This document shows, piece by piece, positions 42,642 through 52,616 of a stretch of DNA of 64,000 bases. This DNA is from Cyanophyceae cyanobacterium (lineage in GTDB: Bacteria; Cyanobacteriota; Cyanobacteriia; Cyanobacteriales; Laspinemataceae). The notes under the pieces are model-generated. The model was not told the DNA's origin and did not search any database. It was given only the letters and a program-made list of their open reading frames with translations. The DNA lies in the NCBI GenBank assembly GCA_038321985.1, contig JBBQFN010000014.1, forward strand, positions 32,001 to 96,000, given 5' to 3'. Position numbers and translations under genes: made by a program. Within the stretch, counting starts at the first letter, position 1; each line of letters begins with the position of its first letter.

Positions 42642-45110
42642 TTAGGGCGATCGCCAATTAATTTTAGCCAATTTCTCCGGGGGGAAGGCATACCACCGAT
42701 ACAACCGTTCTAATTCTCGATCAAGGGAGTGGGTAGGGGGAAATTCAGGATAGGAATCCCCTAATTCTCGTAAAGCCGCAAGCAATGTGCTGGGAGCAAC
42801 CCACCATTCTTGACCGAGTTGCACTAGGTTTAAGGGTTGAGTTCCCGAGTCTTGAATGCGATCGCGCAAGTGCGATCGCAACTGCACAGGTGAAAGTAAG
42901 GGAGGTAACTGATTGTAGACATACACCTGACGCGGCATTCCTTTCGCTAATAACCATTGCAGGTGGGTCCCCGAGGGCGGTAAGGTCCAGAGTAACAAGG
43001 TTTCACAGGGACGTTTAGGAAAGTTCCACTCGATTTCGCACGTTGTAGAGGCAATTTCGGGTTTACCGGCACCATAAAATAACACCCGACCCTGTAAGTG
43101 AGGGAGTAACGAGGGTAAGGGAGTCCCGGATAACCATTGGGGATCAACCGTAACCGGAGGTGCTTCGGGGATAATCGGGGTAAGCCTCGGCGTAGTTACG
43201 GGGAGCGTTGTTAAGGAAAGTAGTTGCTGTACGGCTCGTTTCTGCGGAGTTTTTAGCGACTGCCCCAGGGGTGTTTGGAGTGGAACAGACTGGCTAATAG
43301 TGCCTGAGTGGCGATCGCCTTCCTGGGAGGGGAGACGGGCGCTGATCAGTTCTAATTCCACATTTGTATTACCATTCCAGGTATTTTCCCGCAGTTTGTA
43401 GGCCACATCAATGTACCGTGGCAGGGGAAAATAATCCCCCCAGCGCCATGCAATCCCTTGAATGCGACGCGGCGCAGCAATTTCCGACAAATTAGAAGGG
43501 AAGCTGTGAGTTTGGCTTTGTAAGGTGACTTTGATATGTCCTTTGCCGACAATCCGCTGTTCTACTACTTCCACGTTAGGGGTCCAGAATACGGGAGAGG
43601 GGTTTTCAATGCCGCAGGGGTGGAGTCGGTCGATTTCCCGGTATAAGTCGAGGTCAATTTGCTCAAATTCTGCTAAGACATTAATCGCGATCGCCGGTTT
43701 GAGGTGATGAGGTTCGAGACATCCGTGGGCAAACTCACTTAAGCCTTGGCGAAACCCTTCTAAGTTTTTTGCACTTAAGCTAAATCCCCCGGCTGCACGA
43801 TGTCCACCATATTTTCCTAACCAGCGATCGCAATGCTGCATCGCTTCAAACACATGAAATTCTGGAATACTGCGGGCAGATCCGCGAATATGTTCTTGGC
43901 GTTCATCTTCATAAGTGCCAATAAATACGGGAACGCCATATCGTTCTACTAAGCGAGAAGCAACAATTCCAATCGTGCCATGATGCCAATCCGGTTGTAC
44001 CACCACCAACACGCGACTACTTAAGTAGTCAATGTTGCTGGTTTCAATCCAGGCAATTGCCTCCGCTTCGATGGTTTCGCACATCTGCTGGCGGTCCTGA
44101 TTAAGCTGTTCGCACTGCATCGCCCGAGTTAAAGCAATTCCCGGATCATCCGTCGTCAGCAGTTCGATCGCAATCTGCGGGTCACCAATGCGCCCCACGG
44201 CATTAATTCTCGGTCCTAATCGAAAGCCGATTTCGTCCGGTTTCATTGCTGCGCCGCCCTTCGCCCCACTGCTACTGGCACCGGAAACCTGAATTAATGC
44301 TTGTACCCCCGCTAACTGAGATTCCGGTAACTGCCGCAATCCCCGTTTTACCCAGCGGCGATTGACTCCCGTTAACGGTGCCAAATCGGCGATCGTTCCT
44401 AGGGTTAATAATTCTCGTAAGGGTTTAATTAAAGGTTGCGCTTGACCTAACTTTTGTGCTAAAGAAATGGCTAAAATATAGGCAACTCCGACTCCCGCAA
44501 CTCCGCGATAGGGAGAGGCTTCGCGAATCAATTTTGGGTTAAGAATGGCAGTAGCCGGGGGAAGTTCATCCGGGAGTTCGTGGTGATCCGTAATAATCGC
44601 ATCCATCCCCAATTCCCGGGCGAGGGCGATGGGTTTCACCGCTGCGATGCCATTATCCACCGTTAAAATAATTTTTACCCCTTCACTGTGAAATTCGCGG
44701 ACAATGCGATCGTTGATGCCATATCCTTCTGCCATCCGGCTAGGAATCGCATAATCCACGTTTGCACCTAATGCCCGTAATGCCCGCATTAACAGGGCGG
44801 TACTGGTCATGCCATCGGCATCATAGTCGCCACAAATGGCAATTTTTGACCCTGTAGCCGTCGCTTTTTCTAACAGTTCTACCGTGAGAGCAAGATCGGG
44901 GAAATCATCTAGAGGAGAAGGTAGAGTTACAGATTCAGGGTTTAAAAATGCCTCTACCTGTTCTACAGTTTCTATGCCGCGATCGATCAACGCTTGTGCC
45001 AAAATTGGTGGCAGCGCCACTGCCTCCGCAATCTGCCGTGCCAGTTCGGGTTTTTGAGGGTAAATTTGCCACCGATGATTGGGTAAGCGGATCGCGGTAC
45101 TCGGAACCAT
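42642..45110 (-). CDS. recJ: Single-stranded DNA exonuclease RecJ with C-terminal extension
   Basis: GDYDADG, TVDNG, TDHH, GTIADL, GPRINAVGR, GGHRAAGG motifs; ATG 45110 likely start. Confidence 0.95.
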   Translation of the reverse strand: MVPSTAIRLPNHRWQIYPQKPELARQIAEAVALPPILAQALIDRGIETVEQVEAFLNPESVTLPSPLDDFPDLALTVELLEKATATGSKIAICGDYDADGMTSTALLMRALRALGANVDYAIPSRMAEGYGINDRIVREFHSEGVKIILTVDNGIAAVKPIALARELGMDAIITDHHELPDELPPATAILNPKLIREASPYRGVAGVGVAYILAISLAQKLGQAQPLIKPLRELLTLGTIADLAPLTGVNRRWVKRGLRQLPESQLAGVQALIQVSGASSSGAKGGAAMKPDEIGFRLGPRINAVGRIGDPQIAIELLTTDDPGIALTRAMQCEQLNQDRQQMCETIEAEAIAWIETSNIDYLSSRVLVVVQPDWHHGTIGIVASRLVERYGVPVFIGTYEDERQEHIRGSARSIPEFHVFEAMQHCDRWLGKYGGHRAAGGFSLSAKNLEGFRQGLSEFAHGCLEPHHLKPAIAINVLAEFEQIDLDLYREIDRLHPCGIENPSPVFWTPNVEVVEQRIVGKGHIKVTLQSQTHSFPSNLSEIAAPRRIQGIAWRWGDYFPLPRYIDVAYKLRENTWNGNTNVELELISARLPSQEGDRHSGTISQSVPLQTPLGQSLKTPQKRAVQQLLSLTTLPVTTPRLTPIIPEAPPVTVDPQWLSGTPLPSLLPHLQGRVLFYGAGKPEIASTTCEIEWNFPKRPCETLLLWTLPPSGTHLQWLLAKGMPRQVYVYNQLPPLLSPVQLRSHLRDRIQDSGTQPLNLVQLGQEWWVAPSTLLAALRELGDSYPEFPPTHSLDRELERLYRWYAFPPEKLAKINWRSP

Positions 45111-45236
45111 AGCCTTATCCCTAGGGTTTTGGAAGTCTCTTTTACTTATCCTATCAGCCAATGGCTATTAAGTTTGAGGAATTTTTTCCCCTAACCTACG
45201 CTAAGGGAAACAGGAGTGCCTTGTTCTTCCCCGGAT

Positions 45237-47504
45237 TTAATCCGTAAACCATAACCCGGGTTCCGGTTCTAAGCGCTGTGCAAAATCTTTTAGGGATGCG
45301 AATGCACCAGTTTCCACCTGTTGTACTGGATTTCCAGCGGTTTCCCAATTGAAGAGGAGTAAGGGTGCTAATTCTTCCCCTGGATTGCGCTGTTCTTCTC
45401 CCCCTAAATAAAAGAGCAAATTGCTATCTTGGCAAATTCCCCCAGATTGTTCGACTAAACAAACTGCATTATTATTATGAACTCTTCCCGTGGCGATCGC
45501 CATTGTGGATAAACCTTGACCATTCAATGCTAGAATCTTGTTTAAACTGGAAGTAACCAATCGGCATCGATTTAATCCCGAGTCTGACGCGGTATCATTC
45601 CAGTTCAGAAAGGGTAGAGGAATAGAACCCTTGCCTGTATAAGCGAAAGTCGCTAAACCTCCTTCATATTCAACACAGCCAAATACTGTAGAAGTAACCG
45701 TTTTTGATGGGATTTCTGACCCCCAATCTTCAACTTTAGCAGTGAAAAGACTGCTGATTTTATTATCTCGAAATAAGTTAGTATCGGCGAGGATCGGTTG
45801 GGCGAGTCCTAGGGTTAAAATTCCATAATTCTGGTTATTTTCTAGAATATTTCCCTGAAAGTTAGGAGTAGCCGAGGCACTCACTACAGCCCCATTACGG
45901 TTTCCTCGAACATGATTATCGACAATCGCAGGACTCGCCATTCCTGCGATCGCCACTCCAATTCCATTGTTCATAAAATCATTACTACGAATCTCTCCCC
46001 GTCCTTGTTGAATGATAGAAATGCCATTACCTCCATTATTAACAAACCGATTTTTTTCAACAATTGGGCTGGCGGTTCCTCCAATTAAAATCCCTTCTCG
46101 GGTATTCTCCCTAAACGTATTATTCCGAACCATAGCTGTCGTAGAATCTTCAATCCAGATTCCCGTTCCATTAGGGTTAGGATTAGTTAGAGTTACCCCT
46201 AAAATTTGGCTATTACTTCCCGCAAATAGGGTATAATTTTGTCGCGCGGCAGTGCGAGTTGAAGCAATTCCGCCCCCCCGAATAATCACCCCTTCTCCCT
46301 GTTGAGTTTCATTGCCAACCAAAATCACCCCCGGGTTAAGGGTTAAGGGAAAAGTTTCTCTCGCACTATACAATCCCGGCGCTAGATAAATCACCGTTCC
46401 GGGACGTGCACCTTTTAGGGCGTAGGAGATACTGCGAAAGGGATTCTCGGGGGTTGTCCCGGCATTGGCGGCATTAGTGCCATGATTAGGGTCAACGTAA
46501 TAAATGATTTGTGCAGAGGCGATTGCCTCTATGGAGGGGGTGGGAAATTCGGCCACAGGCGCAGGGTTTGTCACAGGTGTTACGGGTGTCGCGGGTGTCG
46601 GTGGTATGAGGGGTTCCGGGGTACTGCGCGCCACGGGAGAACCATTGACGCGATCAGTTTGACTGGGATACATCAGTCCATACTGGATCATCCCCACATC
46701 TACCGGATTGCGATCAAAGGATAACCGCAGACTTTGAACGCGATCGGCACTCATAAACTCGCCCATATACATTCCACAACTGTTGTTGGCATTGACTTCT
46801 GGGGTACTACAATTATTTTGAATTCCCCGTCCCCGTCCATGAATGCCGATCAGTTCCCCATTGACATTAAAGATACCGCCACCACTCATGCCGCTACGAG
46901 TGAGATTACTGTAGAGTAAGCGATAACCGCCATCGGAGGAGGGAGGGGCAATTTCAGCGATCGCCCCTTCAACTAATAGGCGATCGCGAATTTTTTCCCG
47001 CAAATCGTCCGGATTCGGCCACCCACTCACAAACACCGGAGTTCCTGCCTGGAGGGGATTAGCCGAAATTTTAGCTAAAGCATAATTGCGATCGCTACTC
47101 ACTTTGAGTAATGCCAAATCCAATCCAGCGATCGATTGTCCCAATTCTCCGGAAGGGTCACCCAGAGGAATAATATCCGGACTATTTTCTGACGCATCAA
47201 CGTAATACACCTGTCCATCGGGCATGGCGATCGCATGAAATCCCCCCCGTTTCCAAACCACGTGCAATGCAGTCAGTATATAATAAGTATTCCCCTCCCG
47301 CGCCACGATTACACCACTGCCGGTTTTTTCCCCTTCAATCAGAAACGCATCCCCCTGTTGGGTCAAATTGGGACTAATTAAAACCGAAACTTGCCACGCC
47401 ACCGCATCCACTTCTGCCGGAGTCAATGCCAAGGTGACTGGACTAAAACTAGCAACTGCCACTGTTACAATTCCACTCAATAAGTGCCGATTAAAATACA
47501 TCAT
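45237..47504 (-). CDS. Secreted trypsin-like serine protease fused to DUF1565/parallel beta-helix and C-terminal COP23-like domain
   Basis: Signal peptide; TALHV, DLALL, GMSGG triad; YYVDPNHG...PFRSISYAL; Asn/Gly-rich PbH repeats; FGC...W...RC...TGRV...VC COP23-like pattern. Confidence 0.82.
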   Translation of the reverse strand: MMYFNRHLLSGIVTVAVASFSPVTLALTPAEVDAVAWQVSVLISPNLTQQGDAFLIEGEKTGSGVIVAREGNTYYILTALHVVWKRGGFHAIAMPDGQVYYVDASENSPDIIPLGDPSGELGQSIAGLDLALLKVSSDRNYALAKISANPLQAGTPVFVSGWPNPDDLREKIRDRLLVEGAIAEIAPPSSDGGYRLLYSNLTRSGMSGGGIFNVNGELIGIHGRGRGIQNNCSTPEVNANNSCGMYMGEFMSADRVQSLRLSFDRNPVDVGMIQYGLMYPSQTDRVNGSPVARSTPEPLIPPTPATPVTPVTNPAPVAEFPTPSIEAIASAQIIYYVDPNHGTNAANAGTTPENPFRSISYALKGARPGTVIYLAPGLYSARETFPLTLNPGVILVGNETQQGEGVIIRGGGIASTRTAARQNYTLFAGSNSQILGVTLTNPNPNGTGIWIEDSTTAMVRNNTFRENTREGILIGGTASPIVEKNRFVNNGGNGISIIQQGRGEIRSNDFMNNGIGVAIAGMASPAIVDNHVRGNRNGAVVSASATPNFQGNILENNQNYGILTLGLAQPILADTNLFRDNKISSLFTAKVEDWGSEIPSKTVTSTVFGCVEYEGGLATFAYTGKGSIPLPFLNWNDTASDSGLNRCRLVTSSLNKILALNGQGLSTMAIATGRVHNNNAVCLVEQSGGICQDSNLLFYLGGEEQRNPGEELAPLLLFNWETAGNPVQQVETGAFASLKDFAQRLEPEPGLWFTD

Positions 47505-47712
47505 TTATTCTCTTTAAAGATGGAGATAAGTGCAAAATTCTAGTCCTCCCTTTCCCAAGGCGGGAGTTAGAAATTTATGGAATTTCTTTTTGGGAACCCT
47601 GGCAAACCACAAAAAAAGCGCAGAGAGTGTTGCTGCGCCTTGAAACAGGCAAATTGCCCAAGGTGTTGAGGAAAAAAAGAAGCTATTGAAAGGAGGGCGA
47701 TCGCCTGCACCG

Positions 47713-49155
47713 TTATTGACTTAACCCATTCACAAACCACAATCCCAATGCCGGTTGTAAATTTTGGGCAACCGATTCTAAGGGGGCGATCGCTTCTTCA
47801 CCAAACTCTTGTACCGGATTTCCTTTGCCTTCCACACTAAATGCAATTAACTGCCGTAAGACTTGAGTCGGGTCACTGGCATTAAATCCACTTAATGTAA
47901 ATAACATATTATCCGGCTGACAACTGTCTTGTAAATCCTTAACCAAACAAACCACTTTATCATTATTCACCCGCCCGGTAGCAAATAACATTTTATGCAA
48001 TTGACCCCCATAAGCCGAAACCATTTGATTTAATTTTTGCGTGACTTCATTGCAACGATTTTCAGGTAAATCAACCTCTGAACTCTTCCAAACAATCATC
48101 GCTTGGGGAATAGAGGCATACCCTTGTTGCGCCACGGTTGCATAATTTGTACCGTAAGGTTCACAGGTAAAATAAGCTCGTTGAGTGCCATTAGGTTCTT
48201 CTGGAGTCGGTGGAATTCCTTGGGGATTGCGGGCGATTAGTTGATTTTCTCGTTCATTGCCGCGAAAGGTATTACTAGCCGCAATCTGAGGCTGAGATTC
48301 GGCGATCGCAACTAATCCATAATCCGTATTATTTTCGATAATATTCCCCTCTAATATCGGACGCGCTGATTGCGTCACCACGATCCCAATCCGATTTTGG
48401 TGAATATGGTTTCCGGCAATAACAGGTGCAGCATTATGCCCGATCGCTAAAGCAAACCCCGTATCTTGAAACACATTACGGCGAATTTCCCCTTTCGACT
48501 CCTTTGTAACCGAAATTCCATTTCCTCCATTATACATAAACTGGTTATTTTCAATCGTCGGGTGAGCCGTTCCCGACACAAAAATACCCTCGCGATTATT
48601 ATTAACAAAGGTACTATTCCGAACAATTGCATTCACATTTTCTATCCAAACTCCGGTCCCGTAGGGATTAGGATTGGTGACGGTTACCCCCAGAATTTGG
48701 CTCGTATCCCCAGCTAATATTGTAATATTTTGACCCGCCCAAATTCGGCTTAAGTGTGTTTCTCCCCCGGTAATCACAACCCCTTCACCGCGTCCAGTTT
48801 CATCCCCGCGAAGAATAACCCCCGGTTTTAGTTTCAAGGGAAAAACTTCCCCAGCATGATAGCGTCCCGATGCTAATTGAATCACCGTCCCCGATTGCGC
48901 CTGTTCCAAAGCAGCAGTAATGGTTCGCAACGCATTCGCCTCACTTTGACCCGCACTCCCCGAGTCATTACCCCGCTTCGGGTCAACATAAATAATCCGT
49001 TGTTGGGCGATCGCACTCGGCTGTACCGTGGGAACATTTGCCAGGACTTTACCCCCATCTACTCTCTCTCCCTGACTCAGCAAAGTAACTGTTGCTGCAC
49101 TCAGTAACGATAAGGTGATGAGAACGAGTGGATAGTTGCTGATTTTGTTCATCAT
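47713..49155 (-). CDS. Secreted DUF1565/parallel beta-helix protein with C-terminal COP23-like domain
   Basis: Hydrophobic N-terminus; IYVDPKRGND...LRTITAAL; PbH repeats; FTC...IVW...RC...TGRVNN..VVC...LFTL. Confidence 0.82.
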   Translation of the reverse strand: MMNKISNYPLVLITLSLLSAATVTLLSQGERVDGGKVLANVPTVQPSAIAQQRIIYVDPKRGNDSGSAGQSEANALRTITAALEQAQSGTVIQLASGRYHAGEVFPLKLKPGVILRGDETGRGEGVVITGGETHLSRIWAGQNITILAGDTSQILGVTVTNPNPYGTGVWIENVNAIVRNSTFVNNNREGIFVSGTAHPTIENNQFMYNGGNGISVTKESKGEIRRNVFQDTGFALAIGHNAAPVIAGNHIHQNRIGIVVTQSARPILEGNIIENNTDYGLVAIAESQPQIAASNTFRGNERENQLIARNPQGIPPTPEEPNGTQRAYFTCEPYGTNYATVAQQGYASIPQAMIVWKSSEVDLPENRCNEVTQKLNQMVSAYGGQLHKMLFATGRVNNDKVVCLVKDLQDSCQPDNMLFTLSGFNASDPTQVLRQLIAFSVEGKGNPVQEFGEEAIAPLESVAQNLQPALGLWFVNGLSQ

Positions 49156-49296
49156 AGACCAGTTTTCGTGGATTATATTGATAGTAATTAGCTAGATGAA
49201 CCCTGACTCTATAAATTAGCTGCTTATCTTAAGCTCGTCTAAATAAGCAAAAAGTTTATAAAATTTCCGGATATTTTTTTTATTTACTCAAGGGAT

Positions 49297-49353
49297 TGGG
49301 GGGGGGAGGTTGGGGAGGTTGGAAGAGTTGGGGAGGTTGGGGAGTTGGGGAGG
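49297..49353. repeat. G-rich short tandem repeat (approximately TTGGGGAGG units, STRR-like)
   Basis: About 6 imperfect 8-9-mer units. Confidence 0.8.
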
Positions 49354-49356
49354 ATG

Positions 49357-49617
49357 ACTGCATTTCCGGTCCCCTCCCCTTAGCAAGGGGAGGGTTAGGG
49401 TGGGGTTCTTCGTGAGGTGGCGGATGTCCCGTCCCGCACCCATAAGGAGGCGATCGCACCTGTATAGAGCCGGGTGCCAACCTATTTCTTCGTAACTGGC
49501 TTAAGCGGGTCACCGCCGACACCCTCTACTCATTCATTCCTCCTGACCTGCTCAAGCTCTAAAGAGGACCCCACCCTAACCCTCCCCTTGCTAAGGGGAG
49601 GGGACCGGATGTGCAGT
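49357..49617. mobile_element. MITE/REPIN-like element with 42-bp perfect inverted repeats
   Basis: 49365-49406 TCCGGTCCCCTCCCCTTAGCAAGGGGAGGGTTAGGGTGGGGT is the exact reverse complement of 49568-49609. Confidence 0.7.
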
Positions 49618-49736
49618 TAAATGTAGGGTTGTCGGTTGTTTCCCCAAAAGAATAGCGGATAGGTATTAATGCTTGTCACATTAATCTCTACCCGCTATAA
49701 TCTACCGATCAGATGGAGTCGGAAATGTTACTTGAC

Positions 49737-50222
49737 TTATGACATCTCTTGAATGATGTAGTCAAAGTAGGGGGCAGTGGCACTGGCATCTTCTTGACTC
49801 AGCAGCGCTAGGGACGCTTCTTTGAGACAAACAATAGATTCCGCCATTCCTGCCATTGGAACTCCAAGGGCGTTGTACATTTCCCGAGCACCAATGAGGC
49901 CAATTTTTTCAATTGGCCCTTTGTCCCCGGCGAGTATGCCATAGGTGGCCAGACGCAGATACCAACCGAAATCCCGGAGACACTGCGATCGCTGACGTTG
50001 GCCGTAGGCATTACCCCCCGGCGAGATAAAATCGGGGCGCTTTTGCCATAGGCGCTTACTGGCTTGATCCACAATTTTCTTCTCGTTCTCAGCTAGGGTG
50101 GTAGCAATTCGCACCCGTTGCTGGCCGGTTTGAAAAAATTGTGTTAAACTGGTGAGTTCCCCGTTCGTCGGATAACGGAGTTCATCGTCGGCTTTGAGAA
50201 TAACTTGACTAACTACACTCAT
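49737..50222 (-). CDS. apcD: Allophycocyanin B alpha subunit
   Basis: [18 protein letters not shown]...PGGNAYG...[11 protein letters not shown]; 161 aa from ATG 50222. Confidence 0.95.
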   Translation of the reverse strand: MSVVSQVILKADDELRYPTNGELTSLTQFFQTGQQRVRIATTLAENEKKIVDQASKRLWQKRPDFISPGGNAYGQRQRSQCLRDFGWYLRLATYGILAGDKGPIEKIGLIGAREMYNALGVPMAGMAESIVCLKEASLALLSQEDASATAPYFDYIIQEMS

Positions 50223-50301
50223 GGTTTTACAAAACATCGGAGATCCATACTCTGTAGTTTAGCCATTGAGGGGAACACAAATAAAGAGAGGTAAATTTAC
50301 A

Positions 50302-51732
50302 GTGAGTGCCACTAATGGGCAAAACAGGTACGCAGTCGGGGATCGGCAGGATGAAAATTGGCAACAAGGTTGCGCGATCGAAGTAGAAATTGAGGATTTA
50401 AGCGATACCGGGGATGGAGTGGGGCGCTACGATGGACGAGTGGTCTTCGTTCCGGATGCGGTTCCCGGCGATCGCCTGCTGGTACGACTGGTGCGGGTGA
50501 AGCCTCAATATGCCAGTGGCAAGCTCCTAGAGGTCCTAGAACGCTCTCCACACCGGATCCGACCCCATTGTATCGTCGCGGATAAATGCGGCGGCTGCCA
50601 GTGGCAAAGCGTCGCTTATGCCTCCCAACTCGAAGCCAAGCAAAATCTGGTTTCCCAAGCGATCGAACGGATTGGGGGAATTGCCGCCCCTGCTGTGGCC
50701 CCTATTTTGCCCTCGGCTTCCCCCTTTGGCTATCGCAACAAAGCCACCTATCCCCTGAGTCGATCGCCTTCAGGCAAAGTGCAAGCGGGATACTATGAAA
50801 AAAATAGTCACCGTCTGGTGAATATCAATCAATGTCCGGTTCAAGACACCCGGTTGAATCCTTTACTGGCTGAGGTCAAACAAGACATTCAAGACCGGGG
50901 ATGGTCGATTTACAATGAAACAGAACACCGGGGAAATCTGCGTCACCTGTCGTTGCAAATTGGACGGCGCACCGGGCAGATTTTGCTCACCTTGGTCTCG
51001 GCTAATCGCAAGTTGATGGATATTGAAACTCAAGCCGAGGAATGGCTGAATCGATATCCGGACCTCGTGGGGGTCTGTCTCAATTACAACCCCAACCGAA
51101 CCAATGCGATTTTAGGGGAGGAAACGCGCTGTATTGCCGGTCAACCCTATTTTTTGGATGAATTTGCCGGGGTCCAATTGCAACTGCGATCGGATACGTT
51201 TTTTCAGGTAAATCCAGAAACCGCAGAGGTGCTATTAGAGGCGATCGCCACGCGCCTAGAGTTGCAAGGCAATGAGCGATTGGTTGATGCCTATTGCGGG
51301 ATTGGCACCTTTACCCTACCCCTCGCCAAACGAGTACAGCAGGCGATCGGGTTAGAAGTTAACCCCGCCGCGATCGCCCAAGCCCAAGAAAATGCTCGCC
51401 TCAATGGCTTGACAAATGTCTCCTTTCATGAAGGGCAGGTTGAAAAATTATTGCCCAAGTTAGAGAGTCTGGGATTAGCCCCGGGAGAGAAACCGGATAT
51501 CGTGTTACTGGATCCGCCGAGAAAAGGTTGCGATCGCAGCGTCCTCGATACTTTAATTCAGATTGCACCCCAGCGCATTGTCTACATCAGTTGCAAACCC
51601 GCCACCCTCGCCCGGGACCTCAAAATTCTCTGTGATAGCGGGATTTATCGCCTGAGTTTCCTGCAACCGGCAGATTTCTTCCCCCAAACCTCCCACGTTG
51701 AATCCGTGGCTTTCCTGGTTGCAGAGGGATAG
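50302..51732 (+). CDS. rlmD: 23S rRNA (uracil-1939-C5)-methyltransferase
   Basis: TRAM domain, C...CGGCQ Fe-S motif, FFQVN, DAYCGIG, LDPPRKG, YISCKPATLARD, FFPQTSHVE. Confidence 0.93.
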   Translation: MSATNGQNRYAVGDRQDENWQQGCAIEVEIEDLSDTGDGVGRYDGRVVFVPDAVPGDRLLVRLVRVKPQYASGKLLEVLERSPHRIRPHCIVADKCGGCQWQSVAYASQLEAKQNLVSQAIERIGGIAAPAVAPILPSASPFGYRNKATYPLSRSPSGKVQAGYYEKNSHRLVNINQCPVQDTRLNPLLAEVKQDIQDRGWSIYNETEHRGNLRHLSLQIGRRTGQILLTLVSANRKLMDIETQAEEWLNRYPDLVGVCLNYNPNRTNAILGEETRCIAGQPYFLDEFAGVQLQLRSDTFFQVNPETAEVLLEAIATRLELQGNERLVDAYCGIGTFTLPLAKRVQQAIGLEVNPAAIAQAQENARLNGLTNVSFHEGQVEKLLPKLESLGLAPGEKPDIVLLDPPRKGCDRSVLDTLIQIAPQRIVYISCKPATLARDLKILCDSGIYRLSFLQPADFFPQTSHVESVAFLVAEG

Positions 51733-51869
51733 ATTGCACCTACAGAGGACAAGTTTAAGTTGCGATCGCCCTAAGAGTAGAACTTCCCTGATAAAAATAG
51801 GGTGGTTATCTACACTGACAATAGGGCGATCGTTTTGTCAAGATTGAAGAGTAACAGGAGGCTAACCGA

Positions 51870-52175
51870 ATGAATAACTCAATTCAATCAATTTATAACT
51901 GGTATCGCAGCACCTTACGCAACCCCAAATATCGCGTATGGATTATTCTGGGAACAGTGGCGTATTTCTTCAGCCCCATTGATATTGCTCCAGATTTCCT
52001 TCCCGTAGTCGGGCAAATTGACGATATCGCCCTGGCAACCCTATTAGTGGCCGAGTTATCCCAGATTGCCCTAGACTATTTTAAAAACCGAAAAGGTACA
52101 GTCGAAGAATCCACCAATCCCGTCAATACAGCTTCAACAGTGGGTGGTTCTACGGTAGATGTAGAAGTAAGCTAA
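51870..52175 (+). CDS. YkvA/DUF1232 family membrane protein
   Basis: YFFSPIDIAPDFLPVVGQIDD signature. Confidence 0.9.
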   Translation: MNNSIQSIYNWYRSTLRNPKYRVWIILGTVAYFFSPIDIAPDFLPVVGQIDDIALATLLVAELSQIALDYFKNRKGTVEESTNPVNTASTVGGSTVDVEVS

Positions 52176-52616
52176 GCTCCTTTAATCAATAATTCATCAC
52201 TTGGCTAATAGCCCTCCCCAAGCCTGCTTAATAAGTAGGCTTTATTTTTTTGAGAAAAGTGGGAAGGGTACGAAGATTATAGAAGACAACCCGTTTTATG
52301 GTATTTTTACTTCGTGAAGCGAGTTGCCCCCAGGACTTTAGTCCTGCCCTCAACCCGCCTAAAAATACTAGACTGCTGGCAAAATTTCCAGCAGACCCCA
52401 CCCTGACCCGATCTCGTTGCTAAGGGGGGGTGATTTTAAATCGGGCAGTCAACAACCTGTTTTCTCTTCATCCAAACTCCAGAGATAGATTTTTTGGTGT
52501 AGCCTCACCCGGCATTGGGTGTAGGGTTTTCAAACCGATGAAAACCCGACGGAGTATGAGAATAGAAGCCCGAAATTTCCATCTGGCCCTACCTGCGATA
52601 ACCGCCAATTCCAACC

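Noticed and set aside
49280..49522. Pro-rich 80-aa ORF
   Set aside because: It is the translation of the tandem repeat and inverted-repeat arm
49297..49617. Possible CRISPR array
   Set aside because: Repeats are inverted or spacer-less, and no cas genes are present
49737..50222. Far-red-type ApcD
   Set aside because: Sequence looks like conventional ApcD and no FaRLiP/LoLiP genes are nearby
52320..52358. CAGGACT-tt-AGTCCTG palindrome resembling IS200/IS605 ends
   Set aside because: Single short hairpin with no transposase remnant; cannot be supported
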